This document shows positions 18,889 through 29,371 of a stretch of 64,000 nt of DNA, in pieces. The stretch covers positions 128,001 through 192,000 of the forward strand of contig JBQTHB010000005.1 in NCBI GenBank assembly GCA_052390235.1, in the 5' to 3' direction. Each line of letters starts with the position of its first letter. Position 1 is the stretch's first letter. Position numbers and translations under genes: made by a program. This stretch comes from Deltaproteobacteria bacterium. GTDB taxonomy: Bacteria; Desulfobacterota_D; UBA1144; Nemesobacterales; CSP1-2. A model generated the notes under the pieces. It was given only the letters and a program-made list of their open reading frames with translations, made no database searches and was not told the DNA's origin.

Positions 18889-20616
18889 ATGAAACTACTA
18901 TTTAAACCGCGAGATGCAAAATTCATCGGCACGGGGGGGCTTCCATTCGGCACTTTCGACGACACCTCGGCGTGGCAACCCGTGTTTCGATGCTTGGAGA
19001 GGGGGGCAGAGGCTTTCCCCGACAAAATAATGTTCCGCGTGGCGGACAAGGACGGCAACCTCCCAACAGGGTTCACCTACAGGGAAACCAACGAGTGGGC
19101 GAACCGTATCGCCAACGGGCTCATCCACAAATGCGGCGTCGCCAAGCAGGACAAGGTCGGAATCTACATGATAAATTCCGCCGAATACGTCGTCTCAATC
19201 CTCGCAATCCATAAAACGGGCGGCGTCCAAGTCCCCATCAATAAAGACGAAAAGGGCGAGCGGCTGGCCTATGTAATCAACTACTCAGAGATGCGCGCCC
19301 TCATCACAGACCCCGAAAGCCTACCCATGATAGGAGACATCGCCCCGATGCTCAAGAACGTGAAAACCATTTTTATAAGCGCGGATTCGGAGAAAATCCC
19401 CAGCAAAGTAGGCGGTATTGACGCCCTGCCGTTTGGCGCATTCAACGAATTTTCCGGCGAGAACCCCGGCGTAGAGGTTACAACCGCCGATATGGAGCGG
19501 TGTATGTTCACATCCGGCACAACGGGGATGCCCAAGGGCGTGGCGAGAAACCACGGGGGCGTGGCGCTCACAGTGCGCGGATACATTCAGCAGCACGGTG
19601 TGAGAAGCGAAGATACCCTCATGAGCGTCCTCACACTCGGACACGCAAACGCGCAGGTGATGTGTCTTTTCACCTCTCTCGGAGCGGGAGCGACGGCGGT
19701 TTTCTACCCACGGTTCTCCGCGTCGTCATTTTGGAAATGGGCGGGAGAGTGCGGCGCGACATATACGAATATGCTGGGGGCAGTCGCCGAATACCTCTGG
19801 GCCGCCCCGCCGAGCGACCTAGACAGAATGCACGGAATTAAGACCGTGCTTGCCGCCCCTGCGCCCCGCAATTTGAGGGATTTTGAAGCGCGTTTCAATA
19901 CGTCCATCGTCGAGGGATACGGCTCGACCGAGATGGGAATGGTGTTCTGGAAAGACCCCGAAGATGCGCGCCCAGGCTCCTGCGGCTATCCAATGGAAGG
20001 CTATCATGTAGAGATTCGAGACCCCCAGGACATCACGAGGGTCATCCGCCCGACTTGGGATCCTTACGAAAACCCCGCCCCGCCCGACGAGGTAAAGGGG
20101 CTTCTCTATATAAAACCGCTCATCCCGCACACGACCCTCAACGAGTATTTCAAAGACCCCCGGCGCACGAGAGAGGCTTTCGACGACGACGGATTTTTCA
20201 ACTCCGACGACCTTTTCGCGCGCGGCACGGACGGCAGGTTTTATTTTCAGGGCAGATTTACGAGAATCCGCGTTTCAGGGGAGAACGTTGACCCCATAGC
20301 AGTGCAGGACACCGCCATGAGGCATCCCTCGGTTCAGGAGGCGATAGCGGTCGGCATCAGGCTTCCCAACATTTCGGACGATGAGGTGAAGCTGTGCGTT
20401 ACGGTCAAATCCGGAGCGGAGTTCGACCCGGTGGAGTTCTCCAAGTGGATGGCGGATTTGGTGATTGTGGCTATGGTGCCGAGATTCATCGAAATCTACT
20501 CGGATGGATTTCCGGTTACGGCGACACAGAAAATTAAAATGGCAGAGCTTAAGGAAATCACCGAGAGAACTTGGGATAGGGCGAAGACGGGGCTTAGGTT
20601 CAGCGCGAGGAAGTAG
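18889..20616 (+). CDS. CaiC-like ATP-dependent acyl-CoA ligase
   Basis: MFTSGTTGMPKG, EGYGSTE, GFFNSDD, IRVSGENV, TQKIK. AAGGAG RBS before ATG 18889. Confidence 0.9.
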   Translation: MKLLFKPRDAKFIGTGGLPFGTFDDTSAWQPVFRCLERGAEAFPDKIMFRVADKDGNLPTGFTYRETNEWANRIANGLIHKCGVAKQDKVGIYMINSAEYVVSILAIHKTGGVQVPINKDEKGERLAYVINYSEMRALITDPESLPMIGDIAPMLKNVKTIFISADSEKIPSKVGGIDALPFGAFNEFSGENPGVEVTTADMERCMFTSGTTGMPKGVARNHGGVALTVRGYIQQHGVRSEDTLMSVLTLGHANAQVMCLFTSLGAGATAVFYPRFSASSFWKWAGECGATYTNMLGAVAEYLWAAPPSDLDRMHGIKTVLAAPAPRNLRDFEARFNTSIVEGYGSTEMGMVFWKDPEDARPGSCGYPMEGYHVEIRDPQDITRVIRPTWDPYENPAPPDEVKGLLYIKPLIPHTTLNEYFKDPRRTREAFDDDGFFNSDDLFARGTDGRFYFQGRFTRIRVSGENVDPIAVQDTAMRHPSVQEAIAVGIRLPNISDDEVKLCVTVKSGAEFDPVEFSKWMADLVIVAMVPRFIEIYSDGFPVTATQKIKMAELKEITERTWDRAKTGLRFSARK

Positions 20617-20671
20617 GGGCGGGATTCGGGTTGCAGGATGAAAGTTTGAGAGGAGAGAGGATTCCAGAAAC

Positions 20672-21871
20672 TTGACCATATATTCTCATTCCAGACTCAG
20701 CGTGTACAAACAATGCCCGCTGAAGTATAAGTTCAGATATCTCGACCGAATGCCGGAGGAGATGCAGACCGTTGAGGCATTTATGGGGCGTATGGTTCAC
20801 GATTCCCTTGAGCGGCTATATAAAAAAGTGAGCTTCGGCAACACTCCGCCGCTTGCCGAGATTATCGCCCATTATCGGCAAATCTGGGACGAGAAGTGGA
20901 CAGGCGCGGTCAAAACCATCAAGAGAGATATAACGGCTGAGGATTACAAAGAGCGCGGCAGAGACTGCATTGAGAGGTACTACCAGAGGCATCAGCCCTT
21001 TTTGGAGTCAGAAGTCGTAGGGCTTGAGATGAAGGTATCGCTCTCGCTCGATAGGGACGGCAAGCACGAGATGCGGGGGTTTATAGACCGGCTCTCTCGC
21101 TCCCGCGACGGCTCTTACGAGATTCATGACTACAAAACCGCAGGACACCCCCCCACGCAAAAAAACAGGGACGAGGACAAACAGCTCGCGCTCTATCATC
21201 TGGCAATTCAGCAGAGATGGAGCGACGTCGGGCGCGTGAGCCTACACTGGCACTATCTGGTTTCCGGGCAGCAAATCACATCCTCAAGAACGGACGGCGA
21301 GCTTGAGGGGCTGAGGGTCGAGAAAATTGCCCTGATAGACGAAATCGAGGCGACGACGGAATTTCCGCCGCAGGAATCCGCCCTCTGCCCATGGTGTTCA
21401 TATCAAAAAATATGCCCGCTAAGAAAGCATCTCATCGCCGTGGAGGAACTGCCTAGGGCTGAGGCAAAGCGCGAGGAGGGATTCGAGCTGGTGGACAGGC
21501 TCGCCGACCTGCAAACCAGGGCAAAGGACATTGAAGCGCAGATAGAAGAGACAAAGCGCTCCCTCATAGCCTATTCGGAGCGCGAGGGGGCGGAGAGGGT
21601 CTTTGGCGCGGAGAGGGTCGCAAAAATCAAGCGCGAGGAGAAATTCTCATTTCCCGATACTCAGAAGGAAAAAACCCGGCGCGCCGCCCTTGAGGACGCT
21701 ATCCGGGAGATGGGAAAGTGGGACGAGGCGTCGTCGCTCGATGTGCGAAAACTCGGCGGCATTCTCGAAACGAGGACGTGGGATGAGAGAGCGATGGAGC
21801 GAATCGGGCCGTTTGCCGAGAAAGAGCAGAGGGTATCGGTAACGCTCTCGAAGAGGAAGAGCGATAGATAA
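20672..21871 (+). CDS. PD-(D/E)XK RecB/Cas4-like nuclease with Fe-S Cys set and a C-terminal coiled-coil extension
   Basis: YSHSRL...CP, E..., GFIDR, IHDYKT, QLALY, CPWCSYQKIC. Confidence 0.88.
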   Translation: MTIYSHSRLSVYKQCPLKYKFRYLDRMPEEMQTVEAFMGRMVHDSLERLYKKVSFGNTPPLAEIIAHYRQIWDEKWTGAVKTIKRDITAEDYKERGRDCIERYYQRHQPFLESEVVGLEMKVSLSLDRDGKHEMRGFIDRLSRSRDGSYEIHDYKTAGHPPTQKNRDEDKQLALYHLAIQQRWSDVGRVSLHWHYLVSGQQITSSRTDGELEGLRVEKIALIDEIEATTEFPPQESALCPWCSYQKICPLRKHLIAVEELPRAEAKREEGFELVDRLADLQTRAKDIEAQIEETKRSLIAYSEREGAERVFGAERVAKIKREEKFSFPDTQKEKTRRAALEDAIREMGKWDEASSLDVRKLGGILETRTWDERAMERIGPFAEKEQRVSVTLSKRKSDR

Positions 21872-21877
21872 ATCATA

Positions 21878-22180
21878 ATGCCGGAGGCGAATCTAGAGAT
21901 GAAAGCGATATGGAAGGGGGCGACTTTAGCCGAAAGCGACGAAACCGTAGTAGTCGAGGGAAACCACTATTTTCCCCATGAGAGCGTGAGCAAGGAATAC
22001 CTGGGTACAAGCCTGACCCATACGACCTGCTCGTGGAAGGGAACTGCGAGCTACTACGATGTTATCGTCGGGGGCGAAGTGAATCGGGACGCCGCTTGGT
22101 TCTACCCTGAGCCTAAGGACGCGGCGGGGGCGATAAAAAACCGGATTGCCTTCTGGAAAGGGGTCAAAGTGTCAGAGTAG
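21878..22180 (+). CDS. DUF427 family protein
   Basis: VEGNHYFP, TTCSWKGTASYY, AAWFYPEP. Confidence 0.88.
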   Translation: MPEANLEMKAIWKGATLAESDETVVVEGNHYFPHESVSKEYLGTSLTHTTCSWKGTASYYDVIVGGEVNRDAAWFYPEPKDAAGAIKNRIAFWKGVKVSE

Positions 22181-22199
22181 CCGCGCTCTAGGGATTAAC

Positions 22200-22469
22200 T
22201 CATACCCGCCTCGCGGGCGCTTTGAGTTCGGCTACGGGAATAACCCTGCCGCACTTAGAGCAGGTTATTGAATCTCCATCTGCGTCTATGAACTCGGCTC
22301 CGAGCTTGTCGGCAAATTTTTTCAATTCCTCGACTTTTTCAGCTTTCACCTTTTCTGAATACTCGTCCTGCCAGCTTGAGGGGTTTATTTCAAGCTCGAA
22401 GAATTTCTCCTTATGAATATAGACATGGATGACGTTACCGCATTCGCAGGACATAAATATTATCGGCAT
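22200..22469 (-). CDS. Small putative zinc-binding protein
   Basis: CECG near the N-terminus and CSKCG near the C-terminus; charged helical middle. Confidence 0.7.
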   Translation of the reverse strand: MPIIFMSCECGNVIHVYIHKEKFFELEINPSSWQDEYSEKVKAEKVEELKKFADKLGAEFIDADGDSITCSKCGRVIPVAELKAPARRV

Positions 22470-22561
22470 CGGCTTCGGACGCTCCCACTGGCTGAATCTC
22501 ACGGGAGGTTACTTCACCTGCGGGCAAGATGCAAGATGCCAAATGGGGGATGAGGGGGCAA

Positions 22562-23059
22562 TTACCAGCCCTCAGACCCTGGCTCGCCCTTGAATGGCCC
22601 CGCGATATTGGCAGTAATCCAGCCGCCGTAAAATCCCCCGGGCTGGGCAGAGGCAAGCTCTCCGTCAACGTAGCAGGCATCCATAAATTGGGGATAAAAG
22701 GCGACGCACCCGCTAAGGGCGGCGAATTTAGGCGGCGGCTGGGGATAGAACCAAGCGGCAAGGCGGGCGGTCTTCCCCAGAGCGGCAATCGAGTAGTACG
22801 AGGCGACTCCCTTCCACTCGCAAAACGAGCGCCTGCCTTCCTCCAGCGAGAGAAATTCCATGCGAATATCAGAGGGCGGGATGTAGTAAACCGGCGGATG
22901 GCTCGTTTCCAATACCCTTGCTGAGGATTTGGTATCGGCTATCGTAATGCCTGCGAAAATCACGCGGATATGCCTCGCGCATCTCTCAAGGCGCGGCGGG
23001 CGGGGATAATCCCACACGGACTCCTGTCCCGGAAGCAGTTTCAGCGCTCTAGGCTTCAT
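22562..23059 (-). CDS. DUF427 family protein (long form)
   Basis: ESVWDYPRPP, VLETSHPPVYY, SFCEWKG, QPGGFYGGWIT. GGGAGG RBS before ATG 23059. Confidence 0.88.
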   Translation of the reverse strand: MKPRALKLLPGQESVWDYPRPPRLERCARHIRVIFAGITIADTKSSARVLETSHPPVYYIPPSDIRMEFLSLEEGRRSFCEWKGVASYYSIAALGKTARLAAWFYPQPPPKFAALSGCVAFYPQFMDACYVDGELASAQPGGFYGGWITANIAGPFKGEPGSEGW

Positions 23060-23100
23060 TCCCTCCCTCCCCTGTTGCAATACTGCATCTGGCATCTTGG

Positions 23101-25728
23101 CTACTGACCGTCGTTTATGGCTTCGAGAAGCGAGGTTTTAATGAGGTCAAGCCGCGCCCTGTCCAAAACCTTTTTGTCGTCTGCGTCGCGCACATAGAAA
23201 ACATCGGCGACCTGGTCAACTTTGGTCGAAATTTTGGCGTAATTTGTCGAGAGTCCGAGTTTTTTAATTGTTTTCGTGATGTCGTAGAGAAGCCCCACGC
23301 GGTCGTGGGCGTAAATGTCAATAACCGTGTAGTGGTCAGACGAGTCGTTGTCAATTTCGAGTTTAGTGGGGTGCTTCGGGATTACTTTCTCGAAGTTGGA
23401 TTTCAATCTCTTGCGCTTAGCCACAATCTCTTCTACGTCCAGTTTCCCGGCTAAAACGCTGATAAGGTCGAGTTTAACCTTATTCCATATCTCTCTATCT
23501 TCCGAGGTGGAAGCCCCCAGCCTGTTGACGTAAAAAACGTCGAGAATTCTTCGGTCGGAAAGGGTTATAATCCTAGCTCCGAGAATGTTGATTCCGCTTC
23601 CGGCAACCACGCCGCAGAGCCTTGAGAAAATCCCCGGAATATCGTAGCCCCAGAACAGGAACTCGTCGTAGTCCTCTTTGGGGTGGAATATCACGTCCAT
23701 TCCCGTATTCGCCCCGTGCTTTTCCATAAATTTTACATGATGCGCCGCTTTTCTCGGAGTAAATCCGGGGAAGTAGGAAAGGGGCACAGTCTCAAGGCGG
23801 GCTTTGACTTTATCCTCCGGGATTTCACCTTTAATTATCTTCACGACGTCGCGGATAAATTTCTTCGCCCGCTCCTCAGGACGCTGTTTCTTAAAATCCC
23901 CCATCTTGAGAACGGCGGCGGTCTTGAGATAGAGTTCTCTAAGGAGCATCCCCTTCCAATTTGTCCACACCCCGGGCCCTACGGAGCGGATGTCGGCGAA
24001 TGAGAGCAGATAGAGCATGGAGAGGGTATCCATAATTTTTACGGATTTTGCGAATTTCACGATGAGACTCTCGTCGTGCAGGTCGCGCCTCTGCGAGAAA
24101 TGCGGCATGATGAGGTGCTGTTTTACCATATATTCGAGCTGTTCCGTGTCCTCGGCGGGCAGAGTCATCCGCTCTGCAATGCGCGAGACCATATCGGCTC
24201 CGCGCTGCGCGTGGTTTCTCCCCTCGCCCTTGCCCATGTCGTGAAACAGACAGGCGAGATACAGGATGTGCCGCTTCGCAAGCCCTCTTGCCACCTTTGT
24301 GAGAGCAGAGAATTCCTCCTCGTACTTGCCCTTTACGAGGTTCTCAATCTCTTTGACCATAAATATCGAGTGAACGTCAACCGTATAGACATGATAAGCG
24401 TCGTGCTGAACCATGCAGACGATTTTGCCGAACTCCGGGATGAAGTAGCCCAGAAGCCTCAGCCGGTTCATCTCGAAAAGGGCGTCGGCGACATTCGTAC
24501 CCTCTTTGAGGAATCTGAGAAAGGCGGCGTTAAAATTGGGATTTCTTCTCACCCCGTCGTCAATCAGCTTTACGCTGTCGTGGATTAATTCCTTGAGGTA
24601 CTTGCTCATTTCTATCCCGTAGCGGTCGGCTATCTCGAAGGCGCGGATCATATTTTCCGGGCGCCCCTCGAAAATATCGCGGCTTGAGACCGAGAGCATC
24701 CCGCCTTGGTTGATGAACCCGTTATCGAGATTTACGGTCCTTATAGGGCCAAAGCGGGTTTTCGGCTTCACCGTGCATCGCTCGATGAGCTTATTTGAAT
24801 ACTCCCTCGTGAGGCTGGCGCGCAGATAGTACGCCCTCATGAACCTCTCGACGGCGGGAATTTCGTCAACGTTTCTATATCCCATAAACGCGGCGACCTT
24901 ATCCTGCCATTCAAAGGTCAGTCTGTCTTCTCGCCGCTCGGCAAGGTAGTGGAGTTCCGCCCTAATGGTCAGAAGGGAATCGAGCCCCTTGTTAAACATC
25001 CGAAGCTCGTTTTCAAGCAATATGCCCTTGTGGACGAGTTGCTGAAAATTTCTCACCTTGAACTTAGCCTTGGCTATCCAGAGGGCGGCGTTTATGTCCC
25101 GGATGCCGCCTTCGCCCTCTTTGATGTGCGGCTCTAGGAGATAGACCGAACGCCCGAAGCGGTTTATGCGTTTTTCGTTTTCCGCGATTTTACGCTCGAT
25201 GTAACGCGTTGAGATTGAAGGCAGAAGCTCGCGGTAGAGCTTTCGGTCAAGCAGGGCGAAGAGGGTCTCGTCTCCGCAGATAAATCTGCCGTCGAGAAGC
25301 GCGGTGAGAATCGTAACGTCGTCCCCTTGCGAGAGTTCGAGGCACTCGTCAATTGTTCTTGCCGAGTGTCCCACGTCGAGCTTTAAATCGAGCAGGAGGA
25401 GAAGAACTTTTTGAACCAAATCGGCGGCAAGTTGGCTTTTGTCAGGCTCATAGAGAAAGAGCAGGTCAACATCCGAATAGGGGGAAAATTCCTCTCTGCC
25501 GTATCCCCCTAGGGCGACAATGGATATGCCGCTGAGATTGGCAAATCCCATACCTTCGAGGCACTGCTCGATGAGGCGGTCAATACTCTGAGACCTGCGG
25601 CGGCACAGTTCAAGACCGCTCAGGGATTGTTTTCTGTGGAGTTTTTTAAGCTCGCTTTGAGTGTCCAGAATACCGAGCTTAATTCTGTCCTTGAGCTGCT
25701 CGCGTTCGACGATTTCGGCTTTGCGCAT
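23101..25728 (-). CDS. glnD: [Protein-PII] uridylyltransferase / uridylyl-removing enzyme
   Basis: GGYGREE..PYSDVD, EPHIKEGEGGIRD, HVYTVDVH...FHDMGKG (HD domain), two ACT domains (DRVGLL, DVFYV). Confidence 0.96.
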   Translation of the reverse strand: MRKAEIVEREQLKDRIKLGILDTQSELKKLHRKQSLSGLELCRRRSQSIDRLIEQCLEGMGFANLSGISIVALGGYGREEFSPYSDVDLLFLYEPDKSQLAADLVQKVLLLLLDLKLDVGHSARTIDECLELSQGDDVTILTALLDGRFICGDETLFALLDRKLYRELLPSISTRYIERKIAENEKRINRFGRSVYLLEPHIKEGEGGIRDINAALWIAKAKFKVRNFQQLVHKGILLENELRMFNKGLDSLLTIRAELHYLAERREDRLTFEWQDKVAAFMGYRNVDEIPAVERFMRAYYLRASLTREYSNKLIERCTVKPKTRFGPIRTVNLDNGFINQGGMLSVSSRDIFEGRPENMIRAFEIADRYGIEMSKYLKELIHDSVKLIDDGVRRNPNFNAAFLRFLKEGTNVADALFEMNRLRLLGYFIPEFGKIVCMVQHDAYHVYTVDVHSIFMVKEIENLVKGKYEEEFSALTKVARGLAKRHILYLACLFHDMGKGEGRNHAQRGADMVSRIAERMTLPAEDTEQLEYMVKQHLIMPHFSQRRDLHDESLIVKFAKSVKIMDTLSMLYLLSFADIRSVGPGVWTNWKGMLLRELYLKTAAVLKMGDFKKQRPEERAKKFIRDVVKIIKGEIPEDKVKARLETVPLSYFPGFTPRKAAHHVKFMEKHGANTGMDVIFHPKEDYDEFLFWGYDIPGIFSRLCGVVAGSGINILGARIITLSDRRILDVFYVNRLGASTSEDREIWNKVKLDLISVLAGKLDVEEIVAKRKRLKSNFEKVIPKHPTKLEIDNDSSDHYTVIDIYAHDRVGLLYDITKTIKKLGLSTNYAKISTKVDQVADVFYVRDADDKKVLDRARLDLIKTSLLEAINDGQ

Positions 25729-25829
25729 CTATGGCATTCCCCGTAATTCGAGATGAAATCACCCGCCCTGAGGCGTTCACTAAGGATATATCATCTCGGA
25801 GGGGAATTGTAGGGCGCAAGTATTTCAAC

Positions 25830-26381
25830 CTATTTGCGGAATCGGACGTAGGTCTCCTCAGAATTTGCCCTCTTGTTCTCGATTCGCGCCAGGACAAATA
25901 GGAGGTCAGAGAGGCGATTTAGATAGACAAGGGCGGCTGTGTCCGTTTGCTCTGCCTCGGCCATTTTGACGACCCGCCTCTCGGCTCGCCTCGATACGGC
26001 TCTTGCGATGTGCAGGTACGCCCCCTGCCCTCCGGGGAGGATGAACTCCCGAAGCGGCTCAAGCTCCCGAAGGAATTGGTCAATGAGCTTCTCAATCTCC
26101 CTGACGCGCTCTTTCGTGATTCTCGGCGTTTCCATCTCAGGGGGGCTGGCAAGGTCCGCCCCGACGATGAAAAGGTCGTTTTGAATCTCGCCTAGAAGCT
26201 CGCGGATTTCGCCGTCCAGAGAGTGAAGCCTCGCCGCTCCGAGTACGGAATTGAGCTCGTCCACATCGCCGTATGCCTCCACGCGGGCGGAGGTTTTGCT
26301 GACCCTCGCCCCCCCGACAAGAGAGGTCATCCCCTTGTCTCCGGTTCTGGTATAAACCTTGGTGATTCGCTTTTTCTCCAT
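25830..26381 (-). CDS. PduO-type ATP:cob(I)alamin adenosyltransferase
   Basis: [40 protein letters not shown]. Confidence 0.93.
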   Translation of the reverse strand: MEKKRITKVYTRTGDKGMTSLVGGARVSKTSARVEAYGDVDELNSVLGAARLHSLDGEIRELLGEIQNDLFIVGADLASPPEMETPRITKERVREIEKLIDQFLRELEPLREFILPGGQGAYLHIARAVSRRAERRVVKMAEAEQTDTAALVYLNRLSDLLFVLARIENKRANSEETYVRFRK

Positions 26382-26476
26382 GATACGGGGATTTTAACCT
26401 AGCGCGGGGGATTGCTCAAATATATTGCGCGCCCCCGTCATATCAGAAACCGCCCCGCTCGAAAAAACCCTAGAAC

Positions 26477-26505
26477 TTGCAAACCCGCGCCAATGCGAAT
26501 AGAAT
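26477..26505 (+). promoter_or_regulatory. Putative sigma70 promoter of the prmC-murA-hisG operon
   Basis: TTGCAA-N17-TAGAAT. Confidence 0.55.
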
Positions 26506-26522
26506 CATTCACCGAAAATTCT

Positions 26523-27398
26523 ATGAATCACCATACAGACGCGCCGATTATCATGGAGCTTTATACACTCGGAAAGGAGAAAATCGCCGAAGCCGGCATT
26601 GAAAACCCCTCGCTTGAGGCGGCGATAATGCTATCGCGGGCTTTGGGCGTCAGTACGGCAGGGATTTACGCATTGCCGCACGGGCGCGTTCGCCCTGAGG
26701 AGGGGCGCGTATTTGAGGGCTTCATCGAGCGGCGGCAGGCCCGCGAGCCGATTGCCTATATCCTCGGCGAAAGAGAGTTTTACTCAAGGGCGTTCTGCGT
26801 CAACCGCCGCGTTCTCATCCCAAGACCCGAAACCGAAATTCTGGTTGAAGCGGCTTTGGCAGAGGCAAAAAGCATCCCCTCGCCCCGAATTGCCGACGTC
26901 GGCACGGGAAGCGGCGCGGTCGGGGTAACCATTGCCTGCGAGAGAGCGGACGCCATGGTTTTTGCAACCGATATTTCGCCGGAAGCCCTTGAGGTCGCCA
27001 GGGAAAACGCCAAACGACACTCCGTAGCCGAGAGGATTTCCTTTGTTCAGGCGGATTTTCTCTCCCCTTTTGCGGATAGCTGCCTTGATATCGTCGTCTC
27101 GAATCCGCCGTACGTCAGAGCAGAAGATTACTCGCATCTCCCCCCCGACGTGCGGGATTTCGAGCCTGCCCTAGCCCTTATTGGCGGCGGAGTGGACGGT
27201 CTGGCCGCTATAAGGCGCGTAATTGAGGATTCGGCAAGGACGCTCGCTTCGGGCGGGGCGTGCATCGTAGAGGTCGGCGAGGGACAGAGCGCGGGGGTTC
27301 GGGAAATATTCCAGAGCGTAGGATTCACAGAGATTGAAACCAAACGGGATTTATCAGGGATAGAGAGGGTAATCAGAGGGAAATGGAGAAAATTGTAG
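26523..27398 (+). CDS. prmC: Release factor glutamine methyltransferase
   Basis: EPIAYILG, VLIPRPETE, DVGTGSG, SNPPY. Start uncertain. Confidence 0.94.
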   Translation: MNHHTDAPIIMELYTLGKEKIAEAGIENPSLEAAIMLSRALGVSTAGIYALPHGRVRPEEGRVFEGFIERRQAREPIAYILGEREFYSRAFCVNRRVLIPRPETEILVEAALAEAKSIPSPRIADVGTGSGAVGVTIACERADAMVFATDISPEALEVARENAKRHSVAERISFVQADFLSPFADSCLDIVVSNPPYVRAEDYSHLPPDVRDFEPALALIGGGVDGLAAIRRVIEDSARTLASGGACIVEVGEGQSAGVREIFQSVGFTEIETKRDLSGIERVIRGKWRKL

Positions 27399-28639
27399 TC
27401 GAAGGCGGAATAAGGCTTGCGGGCGAGGTTACGGTGAGCGGGTCGAAGAACGCCGTGTTGCCCCTTATGGCGGCGTGCATCCTGACGCAGGGGAAGAATA
27501 CGTTTACGAATGTCCCCGACCTTGCCGATGTGCGCACGATGGCGAAATTGCTTAAAATTTTGGGCGCGGAAGTGGAATTTGAAAACGGGGTCATGACGAT
27601 TGACGCAGGGAAGCTGAACACGTGGATCGCCCCGTACGACTTGGTCAAAACAATGAGGGCGTCAGTCCTAGTGCTGGGCCCACTCACGGCGCGGTTTGGG
27701 AGAGCTAGGGTGTCCCTGCCCGGCGGATGCGCTATCGGAGAGCGTCCCATTGACCAGCACCTCAAGGGATTATCCCTCCTAGGCGCGGCAATCGAGCTTG
27801 AAGAGGGATATGTCGAGACCTCCGCCCCGAAATTAAAAGGGAAAATCATCCCGTTTGACGTATCCACCGTAACGGGGACAGAGAACATCATCCTCGCCTC
27901 GGTTCTTGCCGAAGGAGAGACAGTTCTGCTCAACGCCGCCTGCGAGCCGGAGGTTACCGAGCTTGTGAACGCGCTAAACAAGATGGGCGCGAAAATTGAG
28001 GGCGCAGGCACGGACATCCTCACCATAGAGGGCGTCGCGCGGTTATCGCCGATTGAAACTCACAGCGTCGTGCCGGATAGAATCGAGACCGGGACTTTTA
28101 TGATAGCCTCAGCCGTTACAGGGGGCGACATCCTAATAAAAAACTGCAAATTTGAAAACGTCGGCGCAGTCGTGGGAAAACTCATGGAAACGGGGGCAGA
28201 GATAACCCGCGAGAGCGGCGGCATGAGGGTCAAGGGGAGCGAGCGGATAAAGAGCGTTGATGTCTCCACCCTGCCCTATCCCGGATTCCCGACGGATATG
28301 CAGGCTCAGTTTATGACACTCATGTCAATTGCCGGGGGGCTTAGCGTCATCACCGAGACGATTTTTCAGCAGAGATTCATGCACTCAGGGGAACTCAGGC
28401 GCATCGGGGCGGATATAAAACTCGTCGGCACAAGCGCCGTCGTCAGGGGGGTGCCTTACCTAAGCGGGGCGCCGATAATGGCAAGCGACCTTCGGGCAAG
28501 CGCGTCGCTCGTGCTGGCGGGGGTAGCCGCGCGGGGCAGAACAGACATCTCGCGCGTGTATCACCTTGACCGCGGCTACGATAGGCTCGATAAGAAACTC
28601 GAAGCCCTGGGCGCAAAAATCTGGAGGGAACAGGAGTGA
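27383..28639 (+). CDS. murA: UDP-N-acetylglucosamine 1-carboxyvinyltransferase
   Basis: GSKNA, LPGGCAIGERPIDQH (active Cys present), PGFPTDMQ, DLRA, RGY. Confidence 0.98.
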   Translation: MEKIVVEGGIRLAGEVTVSGSKNAVLPLMAACILTQGKNTFTNVPDLADVRTMAKLLKILGAEVEFENGVMTIDAGKLNTWIAPYDLVKTMRASVLVLGPLTARFGRARVSLPGGCAIGERPIDQHLKGLSLLGAAIELEEGYVETSAPKLKGKIIPFDVSTVTGTENIILASVLAEGETVLLNAACEPEVTELVNALNKMGAKIEGAGTDILTIEGVARLSPIETHSVVPDRIETGTFMIASAVTGGDILIKNCKFENVGAVVGKLMETGAEITRESGGMRVKGSERIKSVDVSTLPYPGFPTDMQAQFMTLMSIAGGLSVITETIFQQRFMHSGELRRIGADIKLVGTSAVVRGVPYLSGAPIMASDLRASASLVLAGVAARGRTDISRVYHLDRGYDRLDKKLEALGAKIWREQE

Positions 28640-29292
28640 TTACGATAGCAATTTCGCGGGGCAGACTGCTGACCGAGGCAAACGCCCTGTTCAAGAAAGC
28701 CGGTTTTAACCTCGCCAACCTCTCAAGCGATTCGAGAAAGCTCATTTTCGAGTATCCCAAGTACGGAATCAAAGCGCTCATCATCCGCCCTACGGACGTT
28801 CCGGCTTACGTCGAACACGGCGCGGCGGACTGCGGCATTGTCGGCAGGGACACGCTCATGGAGGAGTCTTACGATTTATACGAGCCGCTTGACCTTAGAA
28901 TCGGCAGGTGCAAGCTCATCGTCGCCGCAAAGGAGGGGTTCGATTTCGCATCGTCTCGAATCCTGAGAGTAGCGACGAAATATCCGAAAATCGCCTACGA
29001 GCATTTCGCCCGAAAGGGAGTGAGCGCGGAGGTCGTAAAACTCTACGGCTCCATAGAGCTTGCCCCGATAGTGGGACTCTCGGACGTTATCGTGGATTTG
29101 ACTGCGACGGGCGAGACGCTGAGAAAAAATAAACTCGTCATCATAGAGAACATCGCCGACGTTACCGCGAGACTCGTCGTGAATCGGGTGAGCATGAAGG
29201 TGAAATCCAAAGAGATAAAAGAATTTATCAGGCGCATAAGAGAGGTTCGAGAGAGCGCCGAGCCGCAATCCCCTTTGGATGGAAATGTATGA
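28636..29292 (+). CDS. hisG: ATP phosphoribosyltransferase, short form
   Basis: DVPAYVEHG, VATKYP, GSIELAP, TGETLRKN. 218 aa with no C-terminal ACT domain; GTG overlaps the murA stop. Confidence 0.95.
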   Translation: MITIAISRGRLLTEANALFKKAGFNLANLSSDSRKLIFEYPKYGIKALIIRPTDVPAYVEHGAADCGIVGRDTLMEESYDLYEPLDLRIGRCKLIVAAKEGFDFASSRILRVATKYPKIAYEHFARKGVSAEVVKLYGSIELAPIVGLSDVIVDLTATGETLRKNKLVIIENIADVTARLVVNRVSMKVKSKEIKEFIRRIREVRESAEPQSPLDGNV

Positions 29293-29301
29293 GTCGGCAC
29301 A

Positions 29302-29331
29302 ATCATCCCGGAGTGTTTCAACGGGAATCCA
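29302..29331. repeat. Degenerate REP-like palindrome
   Basis: ATCATCCCGGAGTGTTTCAACGGGAATCCA, similar to the elements at 60350-60411. Confidence 0.5.
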
Positions 29332-29371
29332 CGCCGCCTAAAGTGGGATAGGGGGAGAATCGAGGGGAGAG

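Noticed and set aside
20672..22200. CRISPR-Cas locus suggested by the Cas4-like nuclease
   Set aside because: No repeat-spacer array and no other cas genes anywhere in the window.
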